A stretch of DNA of 64,000 bases from Syntrophaceae bacterium UBA4054. GTDB taxonomy: Bacteria > Desulfobacterota > Syntrophia > Syntrophales > UBA4778. Where the stretch lies: positions 4,374 to 68,373 of the forward strand of contig DFZO01000001.1 of the NCBI GenBank assembly GCA_002383495.1. The letters run 5' to 3'. The notes under the pieces were generated by a model. It searched no databases and was not told the DNA's origin. It was given only the letters and a program-made list of their open reading frames with translations. Position numbers and translations under genes: made by a program. This document shows, in pieces, positions 33,369 through 45,610 of the stretch (its first letter is position 1; each line of letters opens with the position of its first letter).

Positions 33369-33761
33369 CTATACTCTTCGCCGCTTCGGCGGGCGGCAGC
33401 CGTTATGAGGAACGGGTGTCACATCTCTGATCAGGCTGATGTTGAGCCCGGCCGCCTGAAGCGACCTCAGCGCCGATTCCCGACCCGAACCGGGTCCTTT
33501 TACATAAACCTGAACCGTCCTCATCCCATGTTCGACGGCCTTTTTCACGGCACCCTCGGCAGCCATCTGGGCGGCAAAAGGCGTCCCCTTCCTCGAACCT
33601 TTAAATCCCTGGGACCCCGAAGAGGCCCATGCGATCACATTGCCGCTCAGGTCCGTGATGGTAACAATCGTATTGTTAAAGGTGGACTGAATATGCGCCA
33701 CACCCTCGGATATGTTCTTGCGTTCTCTTTTCTTCCCTTTTTTTCCCCTCGGCATAGCCAT
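33369..33761 (-). CDS. rpsK: 30S ribosomal protein S11
   Basis: 130 aa with [18 protein letters not shown]. Confidence 0.97.
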   Translation of the reverse strand: MAMPRGKKGKKRERKNISEGVAHIQSTFNNTIVTITDLSGNVIAWASSGSQGFKGSRKGTPFAAQMAAEGAVKKAVEHGMRTVQVYVKGPGSGRESALRSLQAAGLNISLIRDVTPVPHNGCRPPKRRRV

Positions 33762-33779
33762 GGCGGTGTTCCTCCAGTG

Positions 33780-34148
33780 TTACTTTCTCTTCCCGGCAAT
33801 GGTTCTTCTCGGACCTTTCCTGGTCCTTGAGTTCGTGTGAGTTCTCTGTCCCCTTACGGGCAGTCCCTTTCGATGTCTCAGGCCGCGATAGGTCCCCACA
33901 TCCATGAGGCGCTTGATGGACATGGAAATCTCTCTCCTCAAGTCACCCTCGACCTTGTGTTCCTTGTCGATGATATTCCGGATAGCCGTTACTTCAGAGT
34001 CGGCAAGGTCATCCGTTTTCCGATCCAGATCAACTCCTGCCTCTTGAAGGATCTCGCGGGCCTTTGACCTCCCTATGCCGTAAATATAGGTGAGGGCAAT
34101 CTCCATCCGCTTATTCTTCGGTAAATCTACGCCTGCAATCCTTGCCAC
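33780..34148 (-). CDS. rpsM: 30S ribosomal protein S13
   Basis: 122 aa starting [14 protein letters not shown]. Confidence 0.97.
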   Translation of the reverse strand: MARIAGVDLPKNKRMEIALTYIYGIGRSKAREILQEAGVDLDRKTDDLADSEVTAIRNIIDKEHKVEGDLRREISMSIKRLMDVGTYRGLRHRKGLPVRGQRTHTNSRTRKGPRRTIAGKRK

Positions 34149-34184
34149 GAATAAACCTCCTCACAGCCCTTCTTTCGGGTTTCT

Positions 34185-34298
34185 CTATCCCTGCCGCTGC
34201 TTATGCTTGGGGTTTTCGCAAATGACCCGCAACACCCCGTGTCTCTTGATGATCTTGCATTTATCGCATATCTTTTTAACCGACGCTCTGACTTTCAC
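34185..34298 (-). CDS. rpmJ: 50S ribosomal protein L36
   Basis: My own translation (too short for the track) from a GTG start gives (M)[36 protein letters not shown]. Confidence 0.93.
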   Translation of the reverse strand: MKVRASVKKICDKCKIIKRHGVLRVICENPKHKQRQG

Positions 34299-34373
34299 CG
34301 TTTTAACTCCTTCATGAACGCTGTATGAGTCAACTCTTTCGAGTGATAACTCGAAGCTCGAAACTCCAGACTG

Positions 34374-34592
34374 TTACTTTGCCCGATAGATGATCCTTCC
34401 CCGCGTCAGGTCATAGGGGGAAAGCTCGACCGTCACCTTGTCGCCCGGTAGAATCTTGATGAAATGCATCCGCATTTTCCCCGAGATATGGGCCAAGACG
34501 CGATGCCCGTTCTGAAGCTCCACTCGAAACATGGCATTCGGCAGGGTCTCGATCACCGTACCTTCAACTTCTATCGGTTCCTCTTTCGGCAT
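34374..34592 (-). CDS. infA: translation initiation factor IF-1
   Basis: 72 aa with [23 protein letters not shown]. Confidence 0.97.
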   Translation of the reverse strand: MPKEEPIEVEGTVIETLPNAMFRVELQNGHRVLAHISGKMRMHFIKILPGDKVTVELSPYDLTRGRIIYRAK

Positions 34593-34628
34593 ACGATTTC
34601 ATCTCCGAAAATCTTCACGACCTGATAT

Positions 34629-35378
34629 TCAACTCAACCGGCTCAGTATGACGGGGCCGTTCTCCGTAATCACCACCGAGTGCTCGAAGTGCGCTGAAAG
34701 TTTTCCATCAGCCGTCTGAACCGTCCATCCGTCACTCAGGACCTTGACCTCGTAGGTACCCTCGTTCACCATGGGTTCAATGGCAAAAACCATTCCGGGT
34801 CTCAGTTCAACGCCTTTACCCCGGACGCCGAAATTCGGAATCTGAGGATCTTCGTGTAGGCTCTTTCCAATCCCGTGACCGACAAAATCCCTCACGACGG
34901 AAAAACCCTCTGCTTCAACACAGTCTTGAACCGCCGCCGAAATATCCCCCAGCCGATTCCCTGCTCTCGCCTGCTCGATCCCGCGGTAAAGAGATTCTTC
35001 CGTCACCCGCATCAAATTCCGCGCAGCCTCGGAAACCCGGCTTACCGGAACCGTCAGGGCGGCATCTCCATAGTATCCCTGATAGTATATGCCGAAATCG
35101 AGACTCAGGATATCTCCCTCTTCGAGGACTCTCTCGGAAGGTATCCCGTGAACGACGACATTGTTCACAGATGTGCAGAGGGAATGAGAATAGCCCCTGT
35201 ATCCTTTAAAGGCCGGACGGGCTCCGCGCTTCCGCGCCTGTTCCTCGGCATACCGGTCCAGTTCTATGGTTTTGACGCCCGGCTTCACGAGTGTCGACAG
35301 TTCCTGAAGGATGTCGGCCACGATCAGATTGCTGGCTCTCATCTTTTCAATCTCTTCAGGAGATTTCAAGATGACCAT
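34629..35378 (-). CDS. map: type I methionyl aminopeptidase
   Basis: 249 aa with VVHGIP, DFGIYYQGYYGD and FVGHGIG. Confidence 0.95.
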   Translation of the reverse strand: MVILKSPEEIEKMRASNLIVADILQELSTLVKPGVKTIELDRYAEEQARKRGARPAFKGYRGYSHSLCTSVNNVVVHGIPSERVLEEGDILSLDFGIYYQGYYGDAALTVPVSRVSEAARNLMRVTEESLYRGIEQARAGNRLGDISAAVQDCVEAEGFSVVRDFVGHGIGKSLHEDPQIPNFGVRGKGVELRPGMVFAIEPMVNEGTYEVKVLSDGWTVQTADGKLSAHFEHSVVITENGPVILSRLS

Positions 35379-35407
35379 CCCCTACCCTCCAGAAACGGCG
35401 GCTAACG

Positions 35408-36715
35408 TCAACGCCTTCTCGCAACGCGCCCTTTTTTCAAAAGACCTTCATACTGCCGTGTGAGCAAATGGGCCTCTATCTGACCCGCCGTATCGAGAGC
35501 AACCCCGACCACGATGAGCAATGCGGTGCCTCCAAAATAAAAGGGCACATTAAAATAGCTGATCAGAACACTCGGCAGCACACAGACGGCCGATACATAG
35601 ACGGCGCCGCCAAAGGTCAGCCGGCTCAGGACATTGTCGATGTATTCCGCCGTCTTCTTCCCCGGCCGTATCCCCGGCACGTAGCCTCCGTATTTCTTCA
35701 TGTTCTCAGCGACATCTGCGGGATTGAAAACAACCGCCGTATAAAAATAACAGAAGAATACGATAAAGGCGATATAGCAGAGTTCGTAAACGAGCCTCCC
35801 CGGCATGAGATAGTCGGCCACCACTTTCATCCAGGGATGAGGAACAAAATTCGCTATCGTGGCCGGGAACATGATAATGGAAGAGGCGAATATGGGCGGA
35901 ATAACTCCCGCCGTATTTACTTTGAGCGGCAAATGAGTGGTCTGGCCGCCGTAGATCTTTCTCCCCACAACTCGCTTGGCGTACTGAACCGGTATCCTCC
36001 TCTGCCCCCCTTCAACAAACACAATCACGCCGACCACTATTATCATAAGAGCAGAGATGAAAAGGATCACGAGGATCCCCATCTCACCCGTTGATATGAG
36101 CCTGAAGGTGTTCACCACGGCAGCGGGTCCCCGGCAGACGATTCCGGCAAAGATGATTAGAGAGATCCCGTTGCCGATGCCTCTTTCCGTAATCTGCTCA
36201 CCCAGCCACATGATGAAAGATGTGCCGGCCGTCAGGGTAATCACGGTCATCAGCCGGAAGCTCCATCCCGACTCAATGACGATGGAGGCCCCTGAAGGCC
36301 CTGCCATGCTCTCCAGGCCGATGGCGATGCCAAACCCCTGCACCAGACTTAATAGTACGGTGCCGTAACGTGTATACTGTGTAATCTGTCTCCTTCCCGA
36401 TTCCCCCTCTTTGGAAAGTTTTTCCAGATGGGGAATAACAACCACGAGAAGCTGCAGGATAATCGACGCACTGATATAAGGCATGATGCCCAGAGCAAAA
36501 ACGGAGAGATTGCTCAGCGCGCCTCCGGCAAACAAATCAAAGAGCCCCAGCAGGGATCCCCTGGCGGACTCAAAAAAAGCCGCCAGAGCTTGCGTATCAA
36601 TGCCCGGCGTCGGTACATGCGCCCCGATCCTGTACACGGCAAGAAGGACAAAAGAAACCAGAATTCTTTTTTGCAGTTCCGGAATCTTTGAAATATTTTT
36701 GAAACCGTCTAACAA
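35408..36715 (-). CDS. secY: preprotein translocase subunit SecY
   Basis: 435 aa, a multi-TM protein, in the conserved position after rplO. Confidence 0.96.
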   Translation of the reverse strand: MLDGFKNISKIPELQKRILVSFVLLAVYRIGAHVPTPGIDTQALAAFFESARGSLLGLFDLFAGGALSNLSVFALGIMPYISASIILQLLVVVIPHLEKLSKEGESGRRQITQYTRYGTVLLSLVQGFGIAIGLESMAGPSGASIVIESGWSFRLMTVITLTAGTSFIMWLGEQITERGIGNGISLIIFAGIVCRGPAAVVNTFRLISTGEMGILVILFISALMIIVVGVIVFVEGGQRRIPVQYAKRVVGRKIYGGQTTHLPLKVNTAGVIPPIFASSIIMFPATIANFVPHPWMKVVADYLMPGRLVYELCYIAFIVFFCYFYTAVVFNPADVAENMKKYGGYVPGIRPGKKTAEYIDNVLSRLTFGGAVYVSAVCVLPSVLISYFNVPFYFGGTALLIVVGVALDTAGQIEAHLLTRQYEGLLKKGRVARRR

Positions 36716-36716
36716 A

Positions 36717-37151
36717 TCAGATGACCTCTATGGAGCCGCCTGCGGCTTCGATTTTTTCCCTCGCCGAAGCACTGATCATGTGGACCTTGAGCACGAGAGG
36801 ATATCCGATATCCCCCTTGCCCAGCACCTTCACGCCGTCACCCTGCTTTTTAATGATCCCCTGACTCATGAGCGTCTCCACGTCAACAACGGAGCCCTGA
36901 GAAAAAACCTTCAGCTGTGAGATATTGATAATGACGATATCCCGGCGGAACCTGTTTCGGAAACCTCTCTTCGGTAAACGCCGGGAAAGAGGCATCTGAC
37001 CCCCCTCAAATCCGGGTTTCAATTTGCATCCCGATCGCGCTTTTTGTCCCTTGTGCCCTTTGCAGGACGTCCCCCCGTGGGCGCCTCCGCGACCGACTCT
37101 CTTTCTTTTTTTCCTGGAACCCGGAGCGGGTTTCAACTCACTCAGATTCAT
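36717..37151 (-). CDS. rplO: 50S ribosomal protein L15
   Basis: 144 aa with [17 protein letters not shown]. Confidence 0.96.
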   Translation of the reverse strand: MNLSELKPAPGSRKKRKRVGRGGAHGGTSCKGHKGQKARSGCKLKPGFEGGQMPLSRRLPKRGFRNRFRRDIVIINISQLKVFSQGSVVDVETLMSQGIIKKQGDGVKVLGKGDIGYPLVLKVHMISASAREKIEAAGGSIEVI

Positions 37152-37345
37152 TACTGTTTCACCTCAAATTCTTCCACAGAAACCAGGTGAGGCACCTTGT
37201 TGATCATTCCCCGGACCTCGGGCGTGTCAGCCAGAAAAACGGATCTGTTCATCTTGCCGAGCCCCAGGCTTCGAAGAACTTTTCTCTGTTTTTCCGGGCG
37301 GCCGATATAACTTCTCACCTGTGTAATTTTAAGCTTTTTTGTCAC
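37151..37345 (-). CDS. rpmD: 50S ribosomal protein L30
   Basis: 64 aa with [24 protein letters not shown]. Confidence 0.95.
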   Translation of the reverse strand: MTKKLKITQVRSYIGRPEKQRKVLRSLGLGKMNRSVFLADTPEVRGMINKVPHLVSVEEFEVKQ

Positions 37346-37363
37346 TACCTGCTCCCCCGATCC

Positions 37364-37861
37364 TTAGATTTCCGAAACGTCCTTCCCCCGAAGCAAAGCA
37401 ATCTCACCCGGATTCCTCAATTTGCTCAAGCCGTCCAGAGTAGCCTTGACGAGGTTATGGGGATTGTGCGATCCGAGGCACTTCGTCAGGATATTCCGGA
37501 TTCCAGCCACTTCCAGTATCGCCCTGACAGCACCGCCGGCAATGAGGCCTGTTCCCGCCGAGGCCGGCTTCAAGAGGACCTTCCCTGCTCCGAAATTCCC
37601 AATGATCTCGTGAGGAATGGTGCCCTCAACGATGGATATCTTCTTCAAGGCTTTTTTGGCTTTCTCCGTTCCTTTCCGGATGGCTTCAGGAACCTCATTC
37701 GCCTTCCCGAGTCCGGCGCCGACAGACCCGTTTCCGTCTCCCACAACCACGACGGCACTGAATCTGAAGCGTCTTCCCCCTTTGACAACCTTCGCCGTCC
37801 TCTTAATGGTGATTACCCTGTCGAGAAGTTCCGATTCTTCCATGTTTCTCATCATAGCCAA
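37364..37861 (-). CDS. rpsE: 30S ribosomal protein S5
   Basis: 165 aa with [22 protein letters not shown]. Confidence 0.97.
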   Translation of the reverse strand: MAMMRNMEESELLDRVITIKRTAKVVKGGRRFRFSAVVVVGDGNGSVGAGLGKANEVPEAIRKGTEKAKKALKKISIVEGTIPHEIIGNFGAGKVLLKPASAGTGLIAGGAVRAILEVAGIRNILTKCLGSHNPHNLVKATLDGLSKLRNPGEIALLRGKDVSEI

Positions 37862-37888
37862 CGGTCATTTCCTTCTATGTAGGATTGG

Positions 37889-38260
37889 TTAAAATTTAAG
37901 GCCCGATTCCCTTGCAGCCTCGGCAAGAGCCTTGATTCTTCCGTGATAGAGAAATCGCCCCCTGTCGAAAACCACTTCCGTCACTCCTTTGGAAAGAAGC
38001 CTCTTCGCCATCATTTTACCCACTTCTTTTGCCGCTTCGATCTTTTTCAGGCGCCCGACCGCCCCGCGGAGATCTTTGCTCATGGTAGAGGCTTCCGCAA
38101 GAGTTCTGCCCACATCATCTGCGATGGCCTGAACATAAATGTGCTCTGAACTTCTGAACACGGAAAGGCGGGGCCTTGACTCGGTGCCGAAGATCTTGCC
38201 CCTCACCCTTTTCTTGCGCTTCACCCTGATTTTGTCTATCTTCTTTGTCGATGCTAACAA
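37889..38260 (-). CDS. rplR: 50S ribosomal protein L18
   Basis: 123 aa with a TTG start after AAGGGG, and [16 protein letters not shown]. Confidence 0.95.
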   Translation of the reverse strand: MLASTKKIDKIRVKRKKRVRGKIFGTESRPRLSVFRSSEHIYVQAIADDVGRTLAEASTMSKDLRGAVGRLKKIEAAKEVGKMMAKRLLSKGVTEVVFDRGRFLYHGRIKALAEAARESGLKF

Positions 38261-38340
38261 TGTCTTTCCCCTTATTTGCTATTGGCTGCCGGCTGTCGGC
38301 ATCTCACCTCACCGCTGAACGCTGATCACTGAATGCTGTT

Positions 38341-38880
38341 TTATGCCCCCGCAGACTTGCCGACCTTCCTTCTGATCTTCTCACCCAGATACTTGATGCC
38401 TTTGCCTTTATAAGGTTCTGGTTTCTTCAGCGCCCGGATCTCGGCAGCCACTCGTCCGACGAATTCCTTGTCTATGCCGGAAAAGACCATGCTCACCTGA
38501 CGGTCAATCTTGACCGATATCCCTTTGGGGACCCTGTATTCCAGAGGTTTTGAAAAACCGAGAAATAATTTCAGATTATCCCCAGCCACTTCAGCCCTGT
38601 AACCAACGCCGGAGATCTCGAGGGTCTTTTTAAATCCCGTGCTCACCCCCGTCACCATGTTCGCTATCAATGTCCTCACCAGACCGTGAAGCGATCTCAC
38701 CTGGCGGCTTTCATCAAGCCTCCTGACGGTAATGGTACCCTGTTCCGCAGAAACTTCGATTCCGCCCGGGATCTCCCTTGACAGGTTCCCCAGAGGACCC
38801 TCGACTTTTATGGTTTGTTTCGCCTGACTGATCTTCACGCCAGGAGGAACCACGATCGGTTTTTTCCCAATTCTCGACAT
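38341..38880 (-). CDS. rplF: 50S ribosomal protein L6
   Basis: 179 aa starting MSRIGKKPIVVPPGV. Confidence 0.97.
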   Translation of the reverse strand: MSRIGKKPIVVPPGVKISQAKQTIKVEGPLGNLSREIPGGIEVSAEQGTITVRRLDESRQVRSLHGLVRTLIANMVTGVSTGFKKTLEISGVGYRAEVAGDNLKLFLGFSKPLEYRVPKGISVKIDRQVSMVFSGIDKEFVGRVAAEIRALKKPEPYKGKGIKYLGEKIRRKVGKSAGA

Positions 38881-38919
38881 GAATAAATCTCCTGAACCCT
38901 TATCCGTTTGAAGAGTGGC

Positions 38920-39321
38920 TTACCATACCTTGCAGAGAATCTCTCCGCCCACTTTGAGATCACGGGCCTCTCTGTCGGTCATGATTCCCCTTGAAGTGGA
39001 CAGAACGGCAATGCCGAATCCGTTCAGGATCCTGGGTATCTTCTCGCTTTTCACGTAGATTCTCTTTCCCGGTTTGCTGACTCTTTCGATCCCCGTGATC
39101 ACGCCTTCTTTGGAATCCGTGAATCGGAGGTACACTCTCAGGATCCCTTTCTGGCTGCTGTCCCTCTTCACGTTAAAACCACTGATATAACCCGCTTTTT
39201 TCAAGACCTTGGCTATATTGAAATTCACCTGTGACAGCAGGACATCCACGCTCTTCAACTTTACCTGATTGGCATTTCTGATTCTCGTCAGCATATCCGA
39301 AATCGGATCGGTCATCCCCAT
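38920..39321 (-). CDS. rpsH: 30S ribosomal protein S8
   Basis: 133 aa with [13 protein letters not shown]. Confidence 0.97.
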   Translation of the reverse strand: MGMTDPISDMLTRIRNANQVKLKSVDVLLSQVNFNIAKVLKKAGYISGFNVKRDSSQKGILRVYLRFTDSKEGVITGIERVSKPGKRIYVKSEKIPRILNGFGIAVLSTSRGIMTDREARDLKVGGEILCKVW

Positions 39322-39345
39322 AGTACAGCTCCTCAGAATTCTTCT

Positions 39346-39531
39346 TTACCAGCTCGCCTTGATTACACCGGGAACCTCCCCGCACAGGGAAAGCTTCCTA
39401 AGGCATATTCTGCACATGTCAAATTTCCTATAGTACGCCCGCGGTCTCCCGCAAATCGGACAGCGGTTGTACTCCCGGACGGAAAATTTACTCTTTCTCT
39501 TGGCCTTTGCAATCAAGGATTTCTTCGCCAC
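39346..39531 (-). CDS. rpsN: 30S ribosomal protein S14, type Z (zinc-binding)
   Basis: 61 aa with CPICGRP...CRIC. Confidence 0.96.
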   Translation of the reverse strand: MAKKSLIAKAKRKSKFSVREYNRCPICGRPRAYYRKFDMCRICLRKLSLCGEVPGVIKASW

Positions 39532-39556
39532 CTATTCCTCCACATTCCCCCAGATT

Positions 39557-40096
39557 TCAGCTCCTGAAAGGGACTCCCATCCGTCTCAAAAGCTCTCTAG
39601 CCTCATCGTCCGACCTGGCGGTCGTAACCACTGTAATATTCATCCCCGTGACCTTCTCGATCTTGTCGTAATCGATCTCAGGGAAGATAAACTGCTCCTT
39701 CACCCCCATGGAAAAGTTTCCTCTTCCGTCAAAGGATTTCGGCGAAATCCCACGGAAGTCCCTGATTCTCGGCAGGGCAACATTCACAAGCCGGTCAAAA
39801 AATTCATACATTCTTTCACGCCTCAGAGTCACCACGCATCCGATGGACATCCCCTTGCGGAGTTTGAACGTGGCGATGGACTTTTTCGCTTTTGTCACGA
39901 CCGGTTTCTGGCCGACGATCATGGCCATTTCCTGGACGGCGCTGTCGAGGATTTTTATGTTCTGAATGGCATCGCCGAGTCCCATGTTCACTACAATCTT
40001 GTCTATCCGGGGAACCTCCATCCGGTTTTTATACTTGAATTCCTTCACCAGAGCAGGAACCACTTCCTTTTCATAATATGTCTTCAGTCTCGCCAT
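39557..40096 (-). CDS. rplE: 50S ribosomal protein L5
   Basis: 179 aa, with conserved sequence and position. Confidence 0.97.
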   Translation of the reverse strand: MARLKTYYEKEVVPALVKEFKYKNRMEVPRIDKIVVNMGLGDAIQNIKILDSAVQEMAMIVGQKPVVTKAKKSIATFKLRKGMSIGCVVTLRRERMYEFFDRLVNVALPRIRDFRGISPKSFDGRGNFSMGVKEQFIFPEIDYDKIEKVTGMNITVVTTARSDDEARELLRRMGVPFRS

Positions 40097-40110
40097 GAAA
40101 ATACCTCGGC

Positions 40111-40437
40111 CTATTCGTCTAACAGCTCATTGCACTTCTTGCAGATACGCACTTTCTTTCCATCCTCCAGAGCCCGGTACCCGATCTTGACGGCGCTGCT
40201 GCACTTCCCGCAGAGAAACATCACATTGCTGATGTGCAGGGATCCCTCCTTCTCAAGAATGCCGCCTTTCCCTTTCGCATCGGGTTTCTGGTGCTTCTTG
40301 ATGAGATTGATCTTCTCCACCGTCAGGCGGTTTTTCTTGCTGATGATTTTCATGATCTTGCCGGTTTTTCCCTTCTCCTTGCCGGCTATCACTTTCACCG
40401 TGTCACCTTTTTTAAGACGTCTTTCCAGCATTTCCAA
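40111..40437 (-). CDS. rplX: 50S ribosomal protein L24 (with CxxC...CxxC C-terminal extension)
   Basis: 108 aa with [20 protein letters not shown], then CGKC..(x16)..CKKC. Confidence 0.95.
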   Translation of the reverse strand: MEMLERRLKKGDTVKVIAGKEKGKTGKIMKIISKKNRLTVEKINLIKKHQKPDAKGKGGILEKEGSLHISNVMFLCGKCSSAVKIGYRALEDGKKVRICKKCNELLDE

Positions 40438-40444
40438 ATCCTCT

Positions 40445-40813
40445 CTATATGACCTCGGGCGCCAGAGATACGATTCTCATGAATTGCCTGGCTCTCAGTT
40501 CCCGGGCAACAGGGCCGAATATTCGCGTTCCCACGGGCTCCATCTGGTTATTTATGAGCACGGCTGAATTATCGTCAAATTTCAGAAAGGTTCCATCAGG
40601 ACGCCGGACCTCTTTCGCCGTTCGGACCACAACGGCCTTCATGACATCCCCCTTCTTGACCTTGGAATTGGGAATGGCCTCTTTGACCGAAACCACAATG
40701 ACATCGCCCACCGTCGCATATTTCTTCTTCGAGCCGCCGAGAACCTTCACGCAAAAGACCTTTTTGGCCCCCGAATTATCTGCCACGTTTAATATGGTCT
40801 GCATCTGAATCAT
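40445..40813 (-). CDS. rplN: 50S ribosomal protein L14
   Basis: 122 aa starting [18 protein letters not shown]. Confidence 0.98.
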   Translation of the reverse strand: MIQMQTILNVADNSGAKKVFCVKVLGGSKKKYATVGDVIVVSVKEAIPNSKVKKGDVMKAVVVRTAKEVRRPDGTFLKFDDNSAVLINNQMEPVGTRIFGPVARELRARQFMRIVSLAPEVI

Positions 40814-40859
40814 AACTCACCCCGTCCGGATCACGTAAGATCACTCTTGCAACCCGGTA

Positions 40860-41117
40860 TCATTTTGCCTTTTCCAGAATGGTTCGAACCCGCCATCTCT
40901 TCTCTTTGCTCAGGGGACGGGATTCAACGATCAAAACCTTGTCGCCTACCGCGCATTCATCCTTCTCATCGTGGGCCTTGTATTTCACATGCCTTTTCAT
41001 GTATTTTTGAAAAGCGGAGTCCTGCACGACCCTTTCCACTCTCACGGTGACCGTCTTATCCATTTTGTCGCTCACGACCACACCCTGCATCTCTCTCCTG
41101 TTGCCGCGTTCACCCAT
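40860..41117 (-). CDS. rpsQ: 30S ribosomal protein S17
   Basis: 85 aa with [18 protein letters not shown]. Confidence 0.96.
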   Translation of the reverse strand: MGERGNRREMQGVVVSDKMDKTVTVRVERVVQDSAFQKYMKRHVKYKAHDEKDECAVGDKVLIVESRPLSKEKRWRVRTILEKAK

Positions 41118-41121
41118 AGTT

Positions 41122-41316
41122 CTACCCTCGAAGCTCCTTTTCCCTGAGAATGGTTTTTATTCGTGCGATATCCCTGCGGATGGTCCTGAGCATGGCCGTG
41201 GATTCAATCTGGCCGGTTTCATGCCTGAATCGAAGCTTGAAGAGTTCATCAACAAGATTTCTCTCCTTCTGTTTCAGCTCTTCCTGGCTGAGATCCCTGA
41301 TTTCACTAATCTTCAT
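41122..41316 (-). CDS. rpmC: 50S ribosomal protein L29
   Basis: The track ORF extends to 41418. The conserved start [17 protein letters not shown] is at 41316 and overlaps the rplP 3' end. Confidence 0.93.
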   Translation of the reverse strand: MKISEIRDLSQEELKQKERNLVDELFKLRFRHETGQIESTAMLRTIRRDIARIKTILREKELRG

Positions 41317-41728
41317 CGAAAATCTCCCTCGTGGTAAACTTCGTGGCAAGGGGAAGTTTGTGAGACGCCAGTCTGAAGGCCTCTCGCGCCACATCCTTGG
41401 AGACGCCGGCCATTTCATAGAGAACCATGCCCGGTTTTATAACGGCCACCCACCCCTCAGGAGATCCTTTCCCTTTTCCCATACGGGTTTCCGCAGGCTT
41501 CTTGGTAATGGATTTATGGGGGAATATCCTGATCCAGATCTTGCCTCCACGCTTCACATGGCGTGTCATGGCGATACGGGCTGCTTCTATCTGACGAGAC
41601 GTCAGCCAGCCGCATTCTGTGGCCTGAAGGCCGAATTCCCCGAAGTCCACCCGGCCTCCCCGGGTCGCTATGCCGCTCATGCGGCCCTTCTGCAGCTTTC
41701 TGTATTTTACCCTTTTCGGCATTAACAT
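41306..41728 (-). CDS. rplP: 50S ribosomal protein L16
   Basis: 140 aa starting [17 protein letters not shown]. Confidence 0.97.
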   Translation of the reverse strand: MLMPKRVKYRKLQKGRMSGIATRGGRVDFGEFGLQATECGWLTSRQIEAARIAMTRHVKRGGKIWIRIFPHKSITKKPAETRMGKGKGSPEGWVAVIKPGMVLYEMAGVSKDVAREAFRLASHKLPLATKFTTREIFDED

Positions 41729-41797
41729 GATTCAAAAACTCCCGTCCTGATGTGAAAACCCGGCATCCGATCTATTTGAACGATCCGCCGCTCATGG

Positions 41798-42451
41798 CTA
41801 AGCCTGAGCGCCCGTCTCCTTCTTGTCGGGCAGCACTTCGCCGTGGAAAACCAGCACCTTGATCCCGATGAGCCCGTAAGTGGTCCTGGCTTCGGCAAAA
41901 CCGTAGTCGATGTCCGCCCGCAGCGTGTGCAACGGGACTCTTCCTTCACGGTACCACTCAGTCCTGGCCATTTCCGCATTTCCAAGCCTTCCCGAACTCG
42001 TCACCCGTATCCCCTTGGCACCGAACTTCATGGCGGAGGTCACACATTTTTTCATGGCCCGACGGAAGGTCACCCTTCTCTCCAATTGCAGGGCCACATT
42101 CTCCGCGATGAGCTGTGCGACGATTTCAGGCTTCCGGACCTCCAGAATGTTGATGATGGCTTCACCCGTCATCATGTCTTCGAGTTCCTTTTTAAGCTTT
42201 TCAATCTCCGCGCCTTTTTTGCCGATGATGACTCCGGGCCTCGCGGAATGGATATTGATCTTCGCCTTGTCGGCGGCCCGCTCTATCTCAATTTTGGAGA
42301 TCCCCGCGTGATAGAATTTCTTCTTGAGAAATGTCCTGACCTTAAGATCCTCGTGCAGGAGCTGACTATAGTTCTTCTCCGCGAACCACTGGGATCCCCA
42401 TTTCTTTATTCCGCCCAGCCTGAAACCGATAGGATGTACCTTCTGGCCCAA
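41798..42451 (-). CDS. rpsC: 30S ribosomal protein S3
   Basis: 217 aa starting [13 protein letters not shown]. Confidence 0.98.
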   Translation of the reverse strand: MGQKVHPIGFRLGGIKKWGSQWFAEKNYSQLLHEDLKVRTFLKKKFYHAGISKIEIERAADKAKINIHSARPGVIIGKKGAEIEKLKKELEDMMTGEAIINILEVRKPEIVAQLIAENVALQLERRVTFRRAMKKCVTSAMKFGAKGIRVTSSGRLGNAEMARTEWYREGRVPLHTLRADIDYGFAEARTTYGLIGIKVLVFHGEVLPDKKETGAQA

Positions 42452-42470
42452 ACGATGTCCTCCTTATCTG

Positions 42471-42803
42471 CTATTGTTCATCCAGTATGATGGTGATATG
42501 GCTCGTTCTCTTCTTGATACCGGCTGACCTCCCCTGAGCCCTGGCTCTGAATCGTTTGAGCGAAGGACCCTGATCAACGAAAATCTCCTTGACGTATAAA
42601 ATCTTTTCATCGATATTCGGATTCTGCGTGGCATTGGCGAGGGCCGATTTTAGAACCTTCCCCACCATGCCAGCGGCAACCTTTCTCGTAAAAAGAAGTG
42701 TTTTCTGGGCTTCTTCGACCTTCTTACCCCTTACCAGATCCACCACGAGTCTTACTTTCTGCGGCGAGATGCGAACATATTTAGCAACGGCTTTTGCTTC
42801 CAT
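42471..42803 (-). CDS. rplV: 50S ribosomal protein L22
   Basis: 110 aa with YVRISPQKVRLVVDLVRG. Confidence 0.97.
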   Translation of the reverse strand: MEAKAVAKYVRISPQKVRLVVDLVRGKKVEEAQKTLLFTRKVAAGMVGKVLKSALANATQNPNIDEKILYVKEIFVDQGPSLKRFRARAQGRSAGIKKRTSHITIILDEQ

Positions 42804-42848
42804 ATCTTTCCTGAACTCCGGGTGCCGAATTTCCTGTCTATGTTATGA

Positions 42849-43130
42849 TTACTTGCGCAGCTTGGACTTCCTGTCACCGGAGTGACTGTAAAACGTCCTG
42901 GTCGGCGCGAATTCTCCCATCTTGTGACCTACCATATTCTCCGTAATGAAGACGGGAATGAATTTCTTTCCGTTATGGACCGCGAAGGTCAACCCGATCA
43001 ATTCCGGCGTGACCGTCGAGCGGCGGGACCATGTCTTGATCACGCTCTTGTCTCCGGAAGACTGCACTCTTCTGACTTTCCTCAAAAGACTCTCTTCAAC
43101 ATACGGGCCCTTCTTGATTGAACGCGCCAC
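42849..43130 (-). CDS. rpsS: 30S ribosomal protein S19
   Basis: 93 aa starting [11 protein letters not shown]. Confidence 0.98.
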   Translation of the reverse strand: MARSIKKGPYVEESLLRKVRRVQSSGDKSVIKTWSRRSTVTPELIGLTFAVHNGKKFIPVFITENMVGHKMGEFAPTRTFYSHSGDRKSKLRK

Positions 43131-43132
43131 TT

Positions 43133-43954
43133 CTAACCTCTCTTCTTGACGATATACTTATCGGAAACCTTGTTCTTCCTTGTTTTGTACCCCTTGGTCG
43201 GGACACCCCAGGGCGTGCAGGGATGCCTTCCGCCGGACGTCTTTCCTTCTCCCCCGCCCATGGGATGATCCACGGGATTCATGGCCACACCGCGCACTTT
43301 GGGCGTTCTGCCCAGCCATCTCGTCCGGCCGGCCTTCCCGATGCTGATATTCTCATGGCTGATATTTCCCACCTGCCCGATGGTCGCCTTGCATTCCAGA
43401 AGAACTTTTCGGACCTCTCCCGAAGGCATTCGGATCTGAGCGTATCCCCCTTCCTTGGCCATGAGTTGACCGTAGGAACCGGCGCTCCGGATCATCTGCC
43501 CGCCTTTCCCGATCTTAAGTTCCACATTGTGGATCAGGGAACCGGTGGGAATGTTCTTCAATGGCAGTGTATTGCCGGGCTTCATGTCGGCACGGTCGCT
43601 GCTCACAACCGTATCCCCCACACCGAGTCCCAGGGGAGCCAGGATGTACCTTTTCTCACCATCGAGATAGTGAAGAAGGGCGATCCGTGAGGAGCGGTTG
43701 GGATCGTATTCTATCGTGGCGACCTTTGCGGGCACATCCAGCTTGTCCCGCCGGAAATCGATTCTTCTGAATTTTTTCTTGTGTCCACCTCCGATGTAAC
43801 GGCTCGTAATCCGGCCGTAGGAGTTTCGTCCTCCCGATCTTTTCAACGGTTTCAGGAGACTTTTTTCCGGCGTGGAGGCGGTAATCTCTTCAAAGGTTGA
43901 ACAGGTCTGAGCTCGTCTGCCGGGTGATGTGGGTTTGTATGTTTTAATTGCCAT
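43133..43954 (-). CDS. rplB: 50S ribosomal protein L2
   Basis: 273 aa starting [14 protein letters not shown]. Confidence 0.98.
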   Translation of the reverse strand: MAIKTYKPTSPGRRAQTCSTFEEITASTPEKSLLKPLKRSGGRNSYGRITSRYIGGGHKKKFRRIDFRRDKLDVPAKVATIEYDPNRSSRIALLHYLDGEKRYILAPLGLGVGDTVVSSDRADMKPGNTLPLKNIPTGSLIHNVELKIGKGGQMIRSAGSYGQLMAKEGGYAQIRMPSGEVRKVLLECKATIGQVGNISHENISIGKAGRTRWLGRTPKVRGVAMNPVDHPMGGGEGKTSGGRHPCTPWGVPTKGYKTRKNKVSDKYIVKKRG

Positions 43955-43971
43955 GTCCCTGATCCTCTATC

Positions 43972-44259
43972 CTAAACTTTCTCGAAGACTTCAATGCTCT
44001 GACCGGGAGCAAGAGTCACGACGGCTTTTTTCCAGTCGTTTTTCTTGCCCATGACCTTCCCCGTTCTCTTCTTCTTCCCTTCTATGTTCATAGTCCGCAC
44101 AGTCACGACTTTTACCTTGAAGAGTTTTTCTACGGCCTTCTCGATCTCAATCTTATTGGCCCTGCGGTCCACCTCAAAAATATACTTGTTCGCATCGTCT
44201 CTGGCGATGGTGCTCTTTTCCGTGATAAGCGGCCTTTTGATGACAGAATAAAGATCCAT
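43972..44259 (-). CDS. rplW: 50S ribosomal protein L23
   Basis: 95 aa with [10 protein letters not shown]. Confidence 0.96.
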   Translation of the reverse strand: MDLYSVIKRPLITEKSTIARDDANKYIFEVDRRANKIEIEKAVEKLFKVKVVTVRTMNIEGKKKRTGKVMGKKNDWKKAVVTLAPGQSIEVFEKV

Positions 44260-44894
44260 TACGATAACAATGCCCCCTCGATCATCTTTACAGAGGGTTC
44301 CATAAGGACAAGGGTGTCATACATTAAGAGGTCGTAGACATTGATGCCCTCTGATCTCATCATTTTTACGTCCTTTAAATTTCTCGAAGACTTCTCCAGG
44401 GCAGGATTCTCCTTGTCGAGGACAAAAAGTGCACTCTCCACCCCAAATCTGTCGAGGACATCCTTGAAGGCCTTCGTTTTGATTTCGTTCATGGGGAAGT
44501 CTCTTAAGATAAGGATTTTCTCTCCCTTCACCTTCATACTCAAGGCGGAGCAGAGTGCCGCTCTCCTCACTTTCCTGTTCAGGCTGAAGGAATAATCCCG
44601 TGGATGAGGGCCGAACGTCGTGCCGCCCCCTCTCCAGATGGGAGACCGGGTCGTGCCGGCGCGCGCCCTTCCTGTTCCCTTCTGACGAAAGGGTTTTCTG
44701 CCTCCGCCGCGTATATCGCTCCGTTCCTTCGTTGACGCGGTTCCGCTCCTCCGGGCCGCCATTTGCATCCTCACGACGTCGTGAAGGAGATCCTCGCGGA
44801 TTTCGGCCCCAAAAACAGAATCGTTCAATTCGATTTCCGAGACCTTGTTTTTTTCAATATCGTACACGCCCAAAACAAGCATTGCCTTCTCCAC
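44259..44894 (-). CDS. rplD: 50S ribosomal protein L4
   Basis: 211 aa with [18 protein letters not shown]. The start may lie a few codons further in. Confidence 0.96.
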   Translation of the reverse strand: MEKAMLVLGVYDIEKNKVSEIELNDSVFGAEIREDLLHDVVRMQMAARRSGTASTKERSDIRGGGRKPFRQKGTGRARAGTTRSPIWRGGGTTFGPHPRDYSFSLNRKVRRAALCSALSMKVKGEKILILRDFPMNEIKTKAFKDVLDRFGVESALFVLDKENPALEKSSRNLKDVKMMRSEGINVYDLLMYDTLVLMEPSVKMIEGALLS

Positions 44895-44902
44895 ACATCC
44901 AA

Positions 44903-45544
44903 TTAAGATTTCTTGACTGCGTTCTTGATCAGGACAAATCCGTTCATGCTCCCCGGAACCGACCCCTTGACCAGAATCAGATTCCTCTCAGGACGGACAC
45001 TGAATACAACGAGGTTCTGCACGGTCACGCGCCTGTCGCCCATATGTCCCGGCAGCTTGGTCCCTTTGAAAACCCTGGAGGGGTCGGCGCTCGCGCCTAT
45101 GGACCCCGGGGCACGGTGAAACATGGAGCCGTGTGTGGCTCTGCCGCCCTTGAACCCGTGCCGCTTCACGCCTCCGGCGAAACCTCTTCCCTTGCTTGTT
45201 CCCACAATATCGACGTAATCGCCCACGGCGAAAATATCCACGTTCAACTCGGCGCCCACCTCATATTCTCCGGCGTTGTCGATTCTGAATTCCCGAAGAA
45301 ACTGGAAGAATCCTTTGTCCGCCTTCTTGAAGTGGCCTTGGAGGGGTTTCGTTATTCGTTTGGTTTTTTTTCGGCCAAAACCGATCTGGACGGCATCGTA
45401 TCCGTCCGTTTCCCGGGTCTTCTTCTGTATCACCACACAGGGGCCTGCCTCGATGACCGTCACCGATATGGCAGCACCCTCATCGGAAAACACCTGTGTC
45501 ATTCCCAATTTTCGTCCGATCAATCCCTTTTCCATAGCATCCAC
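44903..45544 (-). CDS. rplC: 50S ribosomal protein L3
   Basis: 213 aa with [13 protein letters not shown]. Confidence 0.97.
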   Translation of the reverse strand: MDAMEKGLIGRKLGMTQVFSDEGAAISVTVIEAGPCVVIQKKTRETDGYDAVQIGFGRKKTKRITKPLQGHFKKADKGFFQFLREFRIDNAGEYEVGAELNVDIFAVGDYVDIVGTSKGRGFAGGVKRHGFKGGRATHGSMFHRAPGSIGASADPSRVFKGTKLPGHMGDRRVTVQNLVVFSVRPERNLILVKGSVPGSMNGFVLIKNAVKKS

Positions 45545-45610
45545 AGTTTCAGCGTTATATTCACGAAAAAACAGGAGATGGACTTTGAAAAACCATCTCC
45601 CGGGTTCAAC